Below are positions 36,320 to 45,505 of a stretch of 64,000 nucleotides of DNA, in pieces. The position numbers and the translations under genes are program-made. Under the pieces are notes generated by a model. The model was not told where the DNA came from. It searched no databases and worked only from the letters and a program-made list of their open reading frames with translations. Position 1 is the stretch's first letter. Each line of letters begins with the position of its first letter. This DNA is from Minisyncoccia bacterium. GTDB taxonomy: Bacteria; Patescibacteriota; Minisyncoccia; Phycocordibacterales; Phycocordibacteraceae. The stretch lies in assembly GCA_038912545.1 (NCBI GenBank), contig JBCLFD010000002.1, positions 4,422 through 68,421 of the forward strand, read 5' to 3'.

Positions 36320-37755
36320 ATCCGGGGAACGTTAGTCATCAATACAATATAGCTGTCTACTCTTCTTTCAATTTTATAATGTATAAACAATGTATTGTTA
36401 TGTGTAGTATATAAATCCTCGTAGGTTATGACTCGCAATACTTGTCCAGAAAGAATAAGATTGGTATATCGCTCACCGGCACGGATTGAGGGCGTTATTT
36501 CAACGTATTGATACAGAGGACGCTTTCCTACAAATGGGACCACTTCTGGTGCTTGGTACACAAAAATCTCTTGTGAGAGCGGGAGAGTGGCAAAATATTC
36601 TTTAAGTTCGTTTGTCCGCGTTGAATTATAGTGCACTGCCGTCCACGAACGAAACATGGTTTCATACGCTTGAAAGAGAATGAGTCCGCACACACAAATG
36701 ATTGCTGCACGCGTAAAAGACCGTCCGTACCCCCTTGCGAGATAGAATGCGGACTGTGGGAGATATAATAGTGTGAACACTTGCGCCGGAAAAAAATAAC
36801 GATAATATCCTGCCGTCCGAAGGTAAGCAAGAAACACGAGCACAGAAAAAAATAATAATACTTCTTCGGGAAGCGAAATATACTCACGCCGAAAACGACG
36901 TACCCCATAACTTGTTACCCAGAGAACGAGTGCGCCAAAGAAATACAGGGGTTGCATTTCAGTACCTATTCTTTTCAAATTCGTGATTATCGCATTGCCT
37001 ATATTGACGTCATGAGGATTCGCATACACGGACAGCACTTGTGAGAGCGTTACGTGGTCGAATTGTATAAAAGCCCACAACACGAGCGGTACGAACATGC
37101 CGATAGCTCCGAACAAAAACACTTTTGTAAGTTCTAGTTCTTTCCATCGCAATGCGAGAGCGAGCAGTAGCGCCGGGAGGAAAAGAATGAAAATTGGCTT
37201 TGTGGCAACAGCGAGACCAGTCGCTACTCCCGTCCATATAATTCTTTTGCGCGTAAGCGCCCCGCTTCGTATAAACGGCAAGAGGGCAATTAATATAAAC
37301 AAAAGACCGGGAATCTCGCCGAGCACGTTGCGGCCATTGCCATATATCGGCCCAAAAAAGACCAAGAGGAAAATACCGAACCAGGCCGCAACGGCACCGA
37401 GCGTCCTACGCGCATACAGAAAAAGCACGACGTAGAGACAGAGCAGAAACGCCAGCATCAGGAGCCGTGCGGCTTCAAGCGAGACGTCAAATATAGAAAA
37501 TACTCCCGCAAGCGGAAGGGTCAGCGGGAACCCAGTGGTGATGTACCACGCCGGCTCGTATATGCTGGGCGCCACCGGAAGCGAGGCCTTTCCGGTATGA
37601 AGAAGTCCCTCGGCCGACTGAATTATCAATCCTTCGTCCATCCAAGTCTCCGGGCTTTGAAATAAATGGAAAGAGGAAAAAAACAGCACGAAGACAAAAC
37701 CAACACAGAGAAGCACTGTATTCCACCTACCGAAATCAGATACGGCTTTAGGCAT
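36316..37755 (-). CDS. GT-C fold glycosyltransferase (GT39/ArnT-like, polyprenyl-phosphate-sugar dependent)
   Basis: 479-aa polytopic membrane protein with an early periplasmic-loop acidic motif (WMDEG). Genomic context with the GtrA and polyprenyl-P sugar synthase genes. Confidence 0.7.
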   Translation of the reverse strand: MPKAVSDFGRWNTVLLCVGFVFVLFFSSFHLFQSPETWMDEGLIIQSAEGLLHTGKASLPVAPSIYEPAWYITTGFPLTLPLAGVFSIFDVSLEAARLLMLAFLLCLYVVLFLYARRTLGAVAAWFGIFLLVFFGPIYGNGRNVLGEIPGLLFILIALLPFIRSGALTRKRIIWTGVATGLAVATKPIFILFLPALLLALALRWKELELTKVFLFGAIGMFVPLVLWAFIQFDHVTLSQVLSVYANPHDVNIGNAIITNLKRIGTEMQPLYFFGALVLWVTSYGVRRFRREYISLPEEVLLFFSVLVFLAYLRTAGYYRYFFPAQVFTLLYLPQSAFYLARGYGRSFTRAAIICVCGLILFQAYETMFRSWTAVHYNSTRTNELKEYFATLPLSQEIFVYQAPEVVPFVGKRPLYQYVEITPSIRAGERYTNLILSGQVLRVITYEDLYTTHNNTLFIHYKIERRVDSYIVLMTNVPRI

Positions 37756-38884
37756 GGACTACGTCTTCTATAAAACACATGATGCGCTCCGCGCGAACTT
37801 TCCATGAAGACGAAGCTGCTTTGCGCTTTGCCGCTTCGCTGTGCGGACGAAGTTCTTCAGCATGCGTAACCGCATACTGCGCCGCGCGCGCAAGATCATT
37901 CACATCGTCCGGCTCATAGAACAGCACTTCCTCTTCAGATACTATCTCTTGAATGGCAGGCGTGCGGCTCGCAATAATGGGACGTCCGGCCGCCAAATAC
38001 TCGAAAAGCTTCATGGGTGAAGTATAGCGGTAGGATTGTATGTCGCGGGCAGTGCCAAGCACGATGAGCGCGTCGGCGGCAGCGAACCAGAGTGGCATTT
38101 CGCTGTGCGGGCGGCTCCCCGCTAAGAAGAAATTCGCGGGCAAAGGATCCTTTACGACGCGGGCAAATTCCTCCTCTGTACCGCCAACCATCTGCCAGCG
38201 CATGAAAGGCGTGAGAACTGCTGCGTGCGGCAAGATCTCTAATCCCTTCCAGCCAAAGAACCTTCCGGTGTAGAGAACAATCGGTATATCGTGCGGGAGT
38301 CCGAGTCGCGTGCGTGCGTCGCGCTTATCTATACCGGCAAACACGGAGAGATCAACACCGTTCGGTTCGACAATATAACGTGCGGACGAACGAGGAAAGG
38401 TCTCTTGCAATTTTTTCACAATAATTTTATTGATGGCGACGATGCCGTGTGCTCGGCGAAAGAGTGTTCTCTGCGGAATAGTAGATGGTTTGGCACCATG
38501 CATCTCGGAAAAAAGCGGCAGACCCAACAATACAAGCGCCGAAGAAGAGTAGTTGTCCGTATCAACCGTGTAGAGAATGAAGTTCTCACCCGCTACTTTC
38601 TTGTATCCTATGTAGAGTAGGTACGAGAGCATGAAGGAAACTGAAGAAAGAAAATAGCCGAGGCGACCGCCTCTATACCAATCAAGAACGGGTAGCCGGA
38701 CCAGCGGCACGTCGACACGTAAATGGTAGTAGTCGCGTACCGACCGCTCGTCGGTCGCACGGCGCGGCACGACGAGGGTAACATCTACCCCCGCCTCGAT
38801 AAACGCCTCGCACATCTTGGCTATCTGGATGCCGTGCGCTTTTTCTATCGGCATTCGCGCATTCGCGATGTAGTACAGCTTCAC
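37748..38884 (-). CDS. Glycosyltransferase family 4 (GT-B)
   Basis: GTG start at 38882-38884. C-terminal YTSPMKLFEYLAAGRPIIAS. Confidence 0.8.
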   Translation of the reverse strand: MKLYYIANARMPIEKAHGIQIAKMCEAFIEAGVDVTLVVPRRATDERSVRDYYHLRVDVPLVRLPVLDWYRGGRLGYFLSSVSFMLSYLLYIGYKKVAGENFILYTVDTDNYSSSALVLLGLPLFSEMHGAKPSTIPQRTLFRRAHGIVAINKIIVKKLQETFPRSSARYIVEPNGVDLSVFAGIDKRDARTRLGLPHDIPIVLYTGRFFGWKGLEILPHAAVLTPFMRWQMVGGTEEEFARVVKDPLPANFFLAGSRPHSEMPLWFAAADALIVLGTARDIQSYRYTSPMKLFEYLAAGRPIIASRTPAIQEIVSEEEVLFYEPDDVNDLARAAQYAVTHAEELRPHSEAAKRKAASSSWKVRAERIMCFIEDVVHA

Positions 38885-38920
38885 ATCTACTATAATCCCA
38901 CAGAGGAAGATAAAGTCACA

Positions 38921-39328
38921 ATGGAGTATACTGTCTCAATATCTATGGACGCCCATACCCGACTGACGGTATCAAAAGCTGAACACCATCCGAAGGGATG
39001 GGGGGAAGAGGTATGGATCATCAATACTGACAAGTACTGCGGGAAGCTCCTCAAATTCAAGAAAGGGGCGTCATTCAGCGATCATTACCATATTAATAAA
39101 GACGAGGCGTGGTATGTGCTCGAGGGAACACTTGAACTTCGCTATTACAATCTCGCGAACGCCGACCGGCTCACTGTCGAACTGGGCCCCGGCAGTGTTG
39201 TCCATATCCCGCCGAATACACCGCATCAGCTTGTAGCACGCGAGGAGGCAACTATTATAGAAGTATCGACGCCGCACGAGGAAACAGACTCATACCGTAT
39301 TGCTAAAGGAGACAGTCAGAAGAAGTAA
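38921..39328 (+). CDS. Cupin-domain protein (possible sugar isomerase/epimerase); the only plus-strand gene
   Basis: ORF 38723..39328 trimmed to the ATG at 38921 (MEYTVSISMD). G-x5-HYH-x-x-x-E-x-WYVLEG ... PPNTPHQL are the cupin motifs. TATAAT at 38891-38896 and GAGGAAG lie upstream. Confidence 0.7.
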   Translation: MEYTVSISMDAHTRLTVSKAEHHPKGWGEEVWIINTDKYCGKLLKFKKGASFSDHYHINKDEAWYVLEGTLELRYYNLANADRLTVELGPGSVVHIPPNTPHQLVAREEATIIEVSTPHEETDSYRIAKGDSQKK

Positions 39329-39335
39329 GACGAGA

Positions 39336-40490
39336 TCACAAAAGAGTAAATACTTCAAAATCGCTTTTTGTTTTCATAAGTTTGTGAGTTAAGGACGGAA
39401 TATCTACGAGAGCACCGAGCGGCTTGTTCATATGCGCCATCTGTATAAAAAGCCGGAGATAGATCTTTTCGGAACCGTGTTTTGACTCCACCATCTCTCT
39501 GTCGGAACCGCCAAATGACTCAATGTCGCTAAAGTCATAGAAATCGTAACCATATTCCCTATACACCTCCGTAAGCACGCGCCCTAGGTTGTGGAATGCA
39601 TAGGCATACGAAGCCTCGGGAAACGCTTGGAGACGCTCATACACCGCATGCGAGAGAGGTGGCAAAAACCCTATGACTTCACTGTTATTCTTCTTTGCCG
39701 TGTCCAGGAATCTCCGGACTTCGGCAAGGGCCTCTGGCGAGATGCCGCTACCGTACTCGTCTCCATACGTTTGCGAAATGCGCTCCGCAAGAGCAAGAAT
39801 GCCTGCACGCACCTTTTCCTGATTGCGCTTATCGTGTATGACGTCACCAAAGTAATTACTGCCGTCATTTAGAAATCCATTACTATCGGCGACAGCCCGT
39901 AGCCCTACCAGAGTCGGCCCGCCAACGCGCGGACCAAACACATTCTTCAAGGTGAATTTACCTGTCGCATAATCTCTGTATATTCTCCACCAGCCGCCTC
40001 CAGTAAAAAGACTGCTGAAAAAGGGTTCATACCACGAAACACGCTTAAGGAACGGGTCCGGCCTCACCACCACACTGTTTTTCGCCTCTTCAGGATTGAA
40101 AAAATAGGGATCCATCCCGGCGATAATGATGCGCGGCGGATGCTTCAGTTTCTCGAGGAAATACCGGAAATTGCTTAATACTCCTCCCGTTCCTGTATCA
40201 TTGTAAAAGATGTTCGGATCGGTGAAAAATGCCGACCGAAATCCTCCGACGCGCGAGGTGCCGAGCGCGATGACGAGTGGCTTTCGTAAAAGCGTCTCCT
40301 GCAATTGGTAACCACTGCGTACATTGCTATAGGCATTCCCGACGACGATTGCGTGACCTTCGCGTGCGAGTTTCCCTACGGTTTCTGGTGCATAAAATTC
40401 ACCCACAGAAGAAAGTAGAATTATCGCCGGTGCAAAAAGAAGCACGAGAGGGGCGAGAAAGAGAGCACAGATTGTAAGAAAAAGACGCAT
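39336..40490 (-). CDS. Membrane-anchored extracytoplasmic protein, DltD/AlgJ-like putative O-acyltransferase partner (tentative)
   Basis: ATG at 40488-40490. Has an N-terminal TM helix (MRLFLTICALFLAPLVLLFAPAIILL). It lies immediately downstream of the MBOAT gene, as dltD and algJ/X do. The family call comes from context plus weak motif resemblance. Confidence 0.45.
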   Translation of the reverse strand: MRLFLTICALFLAPLVLLFAPAIILLSSVGEFYAPETVGKLAREGHAIVVGNAYSNVRSGYQLQETLLRKPLVIALGTSRVGGFRSAFFTDPNIFYNDTGTGGVLSNFRYFLEKLKHPPRIIIAGMDPYFFNPEEAKNSVVVRPDPFLKRVSWYEPFFSSLFTGGGWWRIYRDYATGKFTLKNVFGPRVGGPTLVGLRAVADSNGFLNDGSNYFGDVIHDKRNQEKVRAGILALAERISQTYGDEYGSGISPEALAEVRRFLDTAKKNNSEVIGFLPPLSHAVYERLQAFPEASYAYAFHNLGRVLTEVYREYGYDFYDFSDIESFGGSDREMVESKHGSEKIYLRLFIQMAHMNKPLGALVDIPSLTHKLMKTKSDFEVFTLL

Positions 40491-40494
40491 AGAA

Positions 40495-41955
40495 TTAAAA
40501 TTGGAAGTATATAAAGGCCGTTGGTGCAAAATAACCTGTCAGTAGCGTAAAAATCAAAAGAGCGTAATATGCTGGCCAGCGAACCCAGCGATAGTTCCAA
40601 AGCCGCGGAGCGCGCCCTGACTGCAGTATGTATTCAATAGCAAATAAAAGCACGATAGAAAGAACCGCAAGCGCCAGGCCTTTTTTGCTTATTCCGAGCA
40701 TATAAAAAGAGCAGTAGTCCGCACAGCGCAGGTAGTGGAAAGCGTTACTTCCCCACTCCGTGCCTAAGCGGCGGATAACGAGGAGCGCTTCGGAAAAGTT
40801 TGTCGACCGGAAGAATATCCACGCAAAGGTGGTGAGTAGAAACGTAACCGCGGTCTGAAAAATAGCGCGCGGTGTCCCGGAGAATCCGATTGCCTCTGCA
40901 AAGGTGTCGCGCCATTTCTTCGTCCAAAGAGAAACGCAGATGTACAATCCGAACAGAAGCCCCATGACAGCATAATTCCATCCGGCCCCATGCCAGACGC
41001 CGGTGAGGATAAAGGTGACGATAATTGCGCCAAAGAGAGAAGCTGGGTGAGCGTTGTATTTCCATGCAAGTGGCAGATACACATAATCCCGGAACCACGA
41101 CGAGAGTGAGATATGCCAGCGTCGCCAAAACTCCGCAATGGAGCGGGAAAAATACGGCTGCTTAAAATTCTGCACCAGTTCGATACCCAGCATTCGTGCC
41201 GAACCGACGGCGATATCGGAGTATCCCGAGAAGTCGGCATACAGCTGTATCGAGAAAGCACAGACCGCAAGAAGGAGTATTGAGGCATCTGCTGACCCAA
41301 CGCGGGCATATACAAAATTGACGAGGACGGCGAGATTGTTCGCAATGACTATTTTCTTGAAGAACCCCCACATCATCAAGAGGAGGCCCGAAACAATCTG
41401 GTCGTACTTGAAAATGTGCACGGTTTTAAGTTGCGGAATAAGCTGTGCGGGGCGCTCAATGGGGCCCGCCACCAATTGTGGAAAGAACATGACATACAGG
41501 GCATAGATGAAATAGTTTCTTTCAGCTTTGAAATTGCCTCGGTACACTTCGATAATATAAGCAAGGCTCTGGAAGATATGGAACGAAAGTCCGAGCGGAA
41601 GTAGAAGCGACAAGGCACTAAGCGAATAGTTCCAATGGAGCGCTTGCGCAAGGACTGCTATGTTTTCATTAAAAAAATTGAAGTACTTGAATACGAAGAG
41701 TATGCCTATGTTGGAGAAAACGCTTGCGTAGAGATAGAGTTTTTTATGCGTGGTGCTCTGCTCGATTCTGTGGGCTAAGACATAATTAAGCGTGATGAGA
41801 AAGAACAGAATAAGGATGTACGAAGGCACAAATGCCATATAAAAATAACAGCTCGCGGCAAGGAGTAGCCACGGCCGTAGTTTCGGAGATAGCATCCAAT
41901 ACAAAAAGAAAACAAGCGGAAAAAAGACAAGGAAGGATACTGAATTAAAGAGCAT
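40495..41955 (-). CDS. MBOAT-family membrane O-acyltransferase (AlgI/DltB-like)
   Basis: ATG at 41953-41955. MLFNSVSFLVFFPLVFFLYW, FWRRWHISLSSWFRDYVYLPL (conserved His). Confidence 0.9.
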   Translation of the reverse strand: MLFNSVSFLVFFPLVFFLYWMLSPKLRPWLLLAASCYFYMAFVPSYILILFFLITLNYVLAHRIEQSTTHKKLYLYASVFSNIGILFVFKYFNFFNENIAVLAQALHWNYSLSALSLLLPLGLSFHIFQSLAYIIEVYRGNFKAERNYFIYALYVMFFPQLVAGPIERPAQLIPQLKTVHIFKYDQIVSGLLLMMWGFFKKIVIANNLAVLVNFVYARVGSADASILLLAVCAFSIQLYADFSGYSDIAVGSARMLGIELVQNFKQPYFSRSIAEFWRRWHISLSSWFRDYVYLPLAWKYNAHPASLFGAIIVTFILTGVWHGAGWNYAVMGLLFGLYICVSLWTKKWRDTFAEAIGFSGTPRAIFQTAVTFLLTTFAWIFFRSTNFSEALLVIRRLGTEWGSNAFHYLRCADYCSFYMLGISKKGLALAVLSIVLLFAIEYILQSGRAPRLWNYRWVRWPAYYALLIFTLLTGYFAPTAFIYFQF

Positions 41956-41962
41956 GACGAGG

Positions 41963-42709
41963 TTACAACGGAGCCGCCTCTCCCGTCGAGACAAGAAGTG
42001 AGCTTCCAGAAGGCACTTCGCCCTCAGCTACCCTCAACAGTGCCTGTGCTACTTCACGCGGGGTCATTAATTTCTGATGCGGGCTCCCCGCTTGCGCAAA
42101 TTCAAAATATTTATCCGGCAAATCCGCCGTCAGCGCAGTTTTCAAAAGATCGGGCGCCACCCCATACACACTAATTCCTTCAACCGAAAGCTCCCGATGG
42201 AGCTCCCGCAGAAGTCCACGGAGGGCGTATTTGGCCGTGCTATAGGCGCCCATGCGGGCGGCGCCCTTCCCTTCGATCACTGCAGAGGTGACCCCTATAA
42301 GCGTGCCCGTGTGCCGCGCTTTCATATGCGGCGCAACAGCCGAAAAGAGCGCATGTGCTCCGAAAAGCCCGACGTCGAATTCCCTTCTGAATTCAGCATT
42401 CGTCATATCGAGTACTGGCTTTCGTGTAATGGCCCCCACAGCCGCATGCACACATACATCGATCCTCCCATAATGGACAAGCACTGCCTGCACCGCATTC
42501 TGAATCTGCTTCGGATCGAGCATGTCACCATGCACGAAGAAAGAATGCTCCCCAAGTTCACGTTTCCTTTCCGACACATGCTCCTCTGTGGAATTCCGAT
42601 ACAGAAGCGCGATCCGATATCCCTTGCGCACAAACAAATCCGCAGCGGCGCTTGCCACTCCCCCCATGCCGCCACTTACCAACACAACCTTCATTTCCTT
42701 GCGGGTCAT
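41963..42709 (-). CDS. SDR oxidoreductase (FabG-like)
   Basis: VLVSGGMGGVASAAA, YSTAKYALRGL. ATGA overlap with the MaoC gene. Confidence 0.8.
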   Translation of the reverse strand: MTRKEMKVVLVSGGMGGVASAAADLFVRKGYRIALLYRNSTEEHVSERKRELGEHSFFVHGDMLDPKQIQNAVQAVLVHYGRIDVCVHAAVGAITRKPVLDMTNAEFRREFDVGLFGAHALFSAVAPHMKARHTGTLIGVTSAVIEGKGAARMGAYSTAKYALRGLLRELHRELSVEGISVYGVAPDLLKTALTADLPDKYFEFAQAGSPHQKLMTPREVAQALLRVAEGEVPSGSSLLVSTGEAAPL

Positions 42710-43140
42710 AGTATCTTGACGATCGCTTCGCCATCGGCCAGAACGTCTCCCGATTGTTTCTCCGCTACGCGCATGTGCATCGAGAGCGTATGGAGCGATT
42801 CACCTTTATGCAGAACTTCACCCGATACGAGAACTTCAGCCCCTATCCGCATTGGTTTTCTGAAAAAAAGCGATTGCGATAAATACACTGAATGTTTCCC
42901 CGGCAGACACATGCCAATCAGACGGGAGAAAAAAGCACCCGCGAGCATGCCATGCGCTACCCGCCCCTTAAAAGGAGTGCTCTGTGCATACGCTTCTTCC
43001 GTGTGAAGAGGATTCATATCTCCAGACACTTCCGCAAACGCATCCACTAATTCAGGAGTCAGGACGACTTCAAATTGGGCGCGTTGACCCACAGTAATGT
43101 CTTCGAAAGCCCTGACTGCCGCGCGGCGTGACGTGTTCAT
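42706..43140 (-). CDS. MaoC-like hotdog-fold dehydratase
   Basis: FAEVSGDMNPLHTEEAYAQSTPFKGRVAHGML. Confidence 0.85.
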   Translation of the reverse strand: MNTSRRAAVRAFEDITVGQRAQFEVVLTPELVDAFAEVSGDMNPLHTEEAYAQSTPFKGRVAHGMLAGAFFSRLIGMCLPGKHSVYLSQSLFFRKPMRIGAEVLVSGEVLHKGESLHTLSMHMRVAEKQSGDVLADGEAIVKIL

Positions 43141-43367
43141 AGAATGCCTCCCTTGGAGCGGATGAGGGAAACCGCACCCGCAAAGTTCTTCACCGCCATT
43201 GCCTCATCAAATGAGAATTTGACCTTAAACGCTTTCTCAATTTCGGTGAGCAGGATGATGGCATTCAAGGAATCCCATGTCGGAGTGGTGTCGGGTGCCA
43301 ATTCATCCGTGATATTCTCTATGGGCACGCCGAGAATCGAAGAAAATATGTGTTTAAGCGTATCCAT
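43137..43367 (-). CDS. Acyl/peptidyl carrier protein (76 aa)
   Basis: ATG at 43365-43367. WDSLNAIILLTEIEKAF contains the DSL phosphopantetheine-attachment serine. ATGA overlap with the MaoC gene. Confidence 0.8.
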   Translation of the reverse strand: MDTLKHIFSSILGVPIENITDELAPDTTPTWDSLNAIILLTEIEKAFKVKFSFDEAMAVKNFAGAVSLIRSKGGIL

Positions 43368-43371
43368 ACCG

Positions 43372-45090
43372 CTAGTCCATGATGGCAACAGGAGACCTCT
43401 TCGTACGAATAACAAGCTTTTTGCAAAAGTCTGAAACGGCAAGAACATAGTCACCCCTTCCCCCTTTCGGCTTCATGCCCTCACCAGGAAGAAATAGCGC
43501 GGCAGGCTCATTTTTCGCAGTGCGTAGATACGAGGCGCGCAAGGTCTCTGTGCCTTTCGCATGGAGCTGTGTTACGAGATATTCAAAAAAGGCGCGCTCC
43601 ACATCGCGGCCCATGACACGGCAGCTCATCAAGAATGTATCAAGCACCGCTTCTTTCTTTTTGCAGGTGACAATCGCAAGCAGTACGACACCATACCCGC
43701 CGAATGTGTCGGCCACTTCTGCGGTATATACTAGCGATCCTTTTTTGATCAAATCCTGTATAACGGCTTGTGAGTACCGCTTAGTCGTGAGATTGAATTG
43801 ATTAGTTTTCTGAGTCAGCTGTGCTACGCGCGCGATGTCGACGTCTTCGCCCTCAAGGATTCTCATGGTGATATTGAGCCGCGCAAGGTACTCATCGGCG
43901 CTCCGGGAAGCATGCTGAACTTCTTTTCTCTTCTTCTCTTCGACATACTGGACTCCACGCTTCCTATCTTCCGAGGTCAGTGATAACTGATCGAATACCG
44001 CGAGCCCGAAAAGATCTTTTACGTACTGCTCCGGTTCCGTGGTCCATTCTGGCGTGAGCACCTGTGGAGCTTCTTCGCGCATGCGCGCTCGCTCGAGCGG
44101 CGAATCATCAATGAACACCATGCTGTCGAGACCTATGTTGAGTTCTTTTGCGAGACTCTTGATGTTTGCGCTTTTATCAGACCAGTTCACCCGTAATGCC
44201 GCGAAATGCTCTCTCTTCAAGATCATGTGCAGATTGCTCCGAAATACCTCCTCCACTTCTGCTTCATTATTCTTGCTGTTTACGGCAAGAATAACTCCGC
44301 GGTTATAGAACGAAAGGAGCGCCCGCTGGAAATTCTGGTAAGAAAGCCCTGGGTAGTCGCTTCCAAGCGAAATACCCAGCGGCCCTTCCTCCCCAAGCAC
44401 TCCGCCCCAGAGCGTATTATCAAGATCGAGCACGATGCATTTACGGGAGCGCCCGAGCAGGGCGCGCGCATAGGAAAGCCATTCATGCGCAAGCAGGGCC
44501 AAGAAATCGGTCGTAAACGGCATATCGAATGCATGATGACTGCGCAAATCGCGAGCATGCATCTCACCGACCTGGCTCAGTACCTTATGCGTATCGAATA
44601 CGTATACGGAATGAGTCCTTTCCGCAAGCGAGCGTATGCCGGCATTGAATTCCGAGAGCGCGTGGAAGAGCGGTTCTTCGCTGAAGAAGCGCCCGTATGG
44701 ACCGTGATACGGAAGGGTGCACAAACTTACGACCACGATGCCGCGTACGGAGGCTACATAGGCTTCAATCTCGGCAAGTATTTCTTTCCCATGAGAGGGG
44801 TCTGCGAACTCCGAATGCCGGTACGGGCTGGCATCGAAGAAAATATAGGAAATATCGGATTTTGAACCGTAGATGGAGCTTTTGGCATTTTTAAACGCCA
44901 ACGCATATTGCTTATACGGCACACGGGTAATACGAGGATATATGTTCTCTGCAATGCACATGCCGCCGAGAATGCGTTCGAGCACGTCATCAGTGAAATT
45001 GGTAATGAGATTGATAGACAAAGAAGACATTCCCGCTTTTTTGCGAGTCGGCCGATGCATATAGGAGGCAATAAACGGGAGCGAGTCCAT
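43372..45090 (-). CDS. FkbH-like HAD-IIIC family protein
   Basis: 572 aa. The motif IVLDLDNTLWGGVLGEEG is the hallmark of the FkbH/HAD-IIIC subfamily. There are additional N- and C-terminal domains. Confidence 0.8.
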   Translation of the reverse strand: MDSLPFIASYMHRPTRKKAGMSSLSINLITNFTDDVLERILGGMCIAENIYPRITRVPYKQYALAFKNAKSSIYGSKSDISYIFFDASPYRHSEFADPSHGKEILAEIEAYVASVRGIVVVSLCTLPYHGPYGRFFSEEPLFHALSEFNAGIRSLAERTHSVYVFDTHKVLSQVGEMHARDLRSHHAFDMPFTTDFLALLAHEWLSYARALLGRSRKCIVLDLDNTLWGGVLGEEGPLGISLGSDYPGLSYQNFQRALLSFYNRGVILAVNSKNNEAEVEEVFRSNLHMILKREHFAALRVNWSDKSANIKSLAKELNIGLDSMVFIDDSPLERARMREEAPQVLTPEWTTEPEQYVKDLFGLAVFDQLSLTSEDRKRGVQYVEEKKRKEVQHASRSADEYLARLNITMRILEGEDVDIARVAQLTQKTNQFNLTTKRYSQAVIQDLIKKGSLVYTAEVADTFGGYGVVLLAIVTCKKKEAVLDTFLMSCRVMGRDVERAFFEYLVTQLHAKGTETLRASYLRTAKNEPAALFLPGEGMKPKGGRGDYVLAVSDFCKKLVIRTKRSPVAIMD

Positions 45091-45094
45091 ATCG

Positions 45095-45454
45095 TTACCT
45101 CGTCTGGACGATTGCTACGGCGGCGGCTATGGAAGCAGTGTGTGTAAGACTGGCAAGGACGATATATGTTTCGTTCCTTTTTTTATCGGCAAATACAATG
45201 CTGGGCCGCTTTTTTCTTTTCTCAATACTGAAATCAAACGGCGAGAGAGGCTCGGGGAATGCCTTAATGACCGCTTCTTTGAGTGCGAATCGCGACGCGA
45301 GATGTTCTCCAATTCGAGATTCGTGCGGTAGCTGTTTGAGCTCTTTGCCGGTCAAAAAATACTCGGCCACTCTCCTTTTAAATCTGGCCTTTTGTAGGTT
45401 GCTCACTTCTACTATATCAACCCCAACACCCACGATAGAAGCCATTCTGTGCAT
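45095..45454 (-). CDS. acpS: Holo-ACP synthase (4'-phosphopantetheinyl transferase)
   Basis: IVGVGVDIVEV ... FALKEAVIKA. An alternative ATG is at 45445. Confidence 0.85.
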   Translation of the reverse strand: MHRMASIVGVGVDIVEVSNLQKARFKRRVAEYFLTGKELKQLPHESRIGEHLASRFALKEAVIKAFPEPLSPFDFSIEKRKKRPSIVFADKKRNETYIVLASLTHTASIAAAVAIVQTR

Positions 45455-45505
45455 CGGCCCATCATACTGCGCCTAAAAACGGACGGCAAGTGACCAAAAA
45501 GGGTT

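Noticed and set aside
42077-43006. 309-aa plus-strand ORF, and similar cases at 59971-60642, 33333-33953, 44206-44865 and 7420-7968.
   Set aside because: All are antisense shadows of well-supported minus-strand genes (SDR/MaoC, GT4, methyltransferase, FkbH-like, TPR tail). None shows family motifs or start signals.
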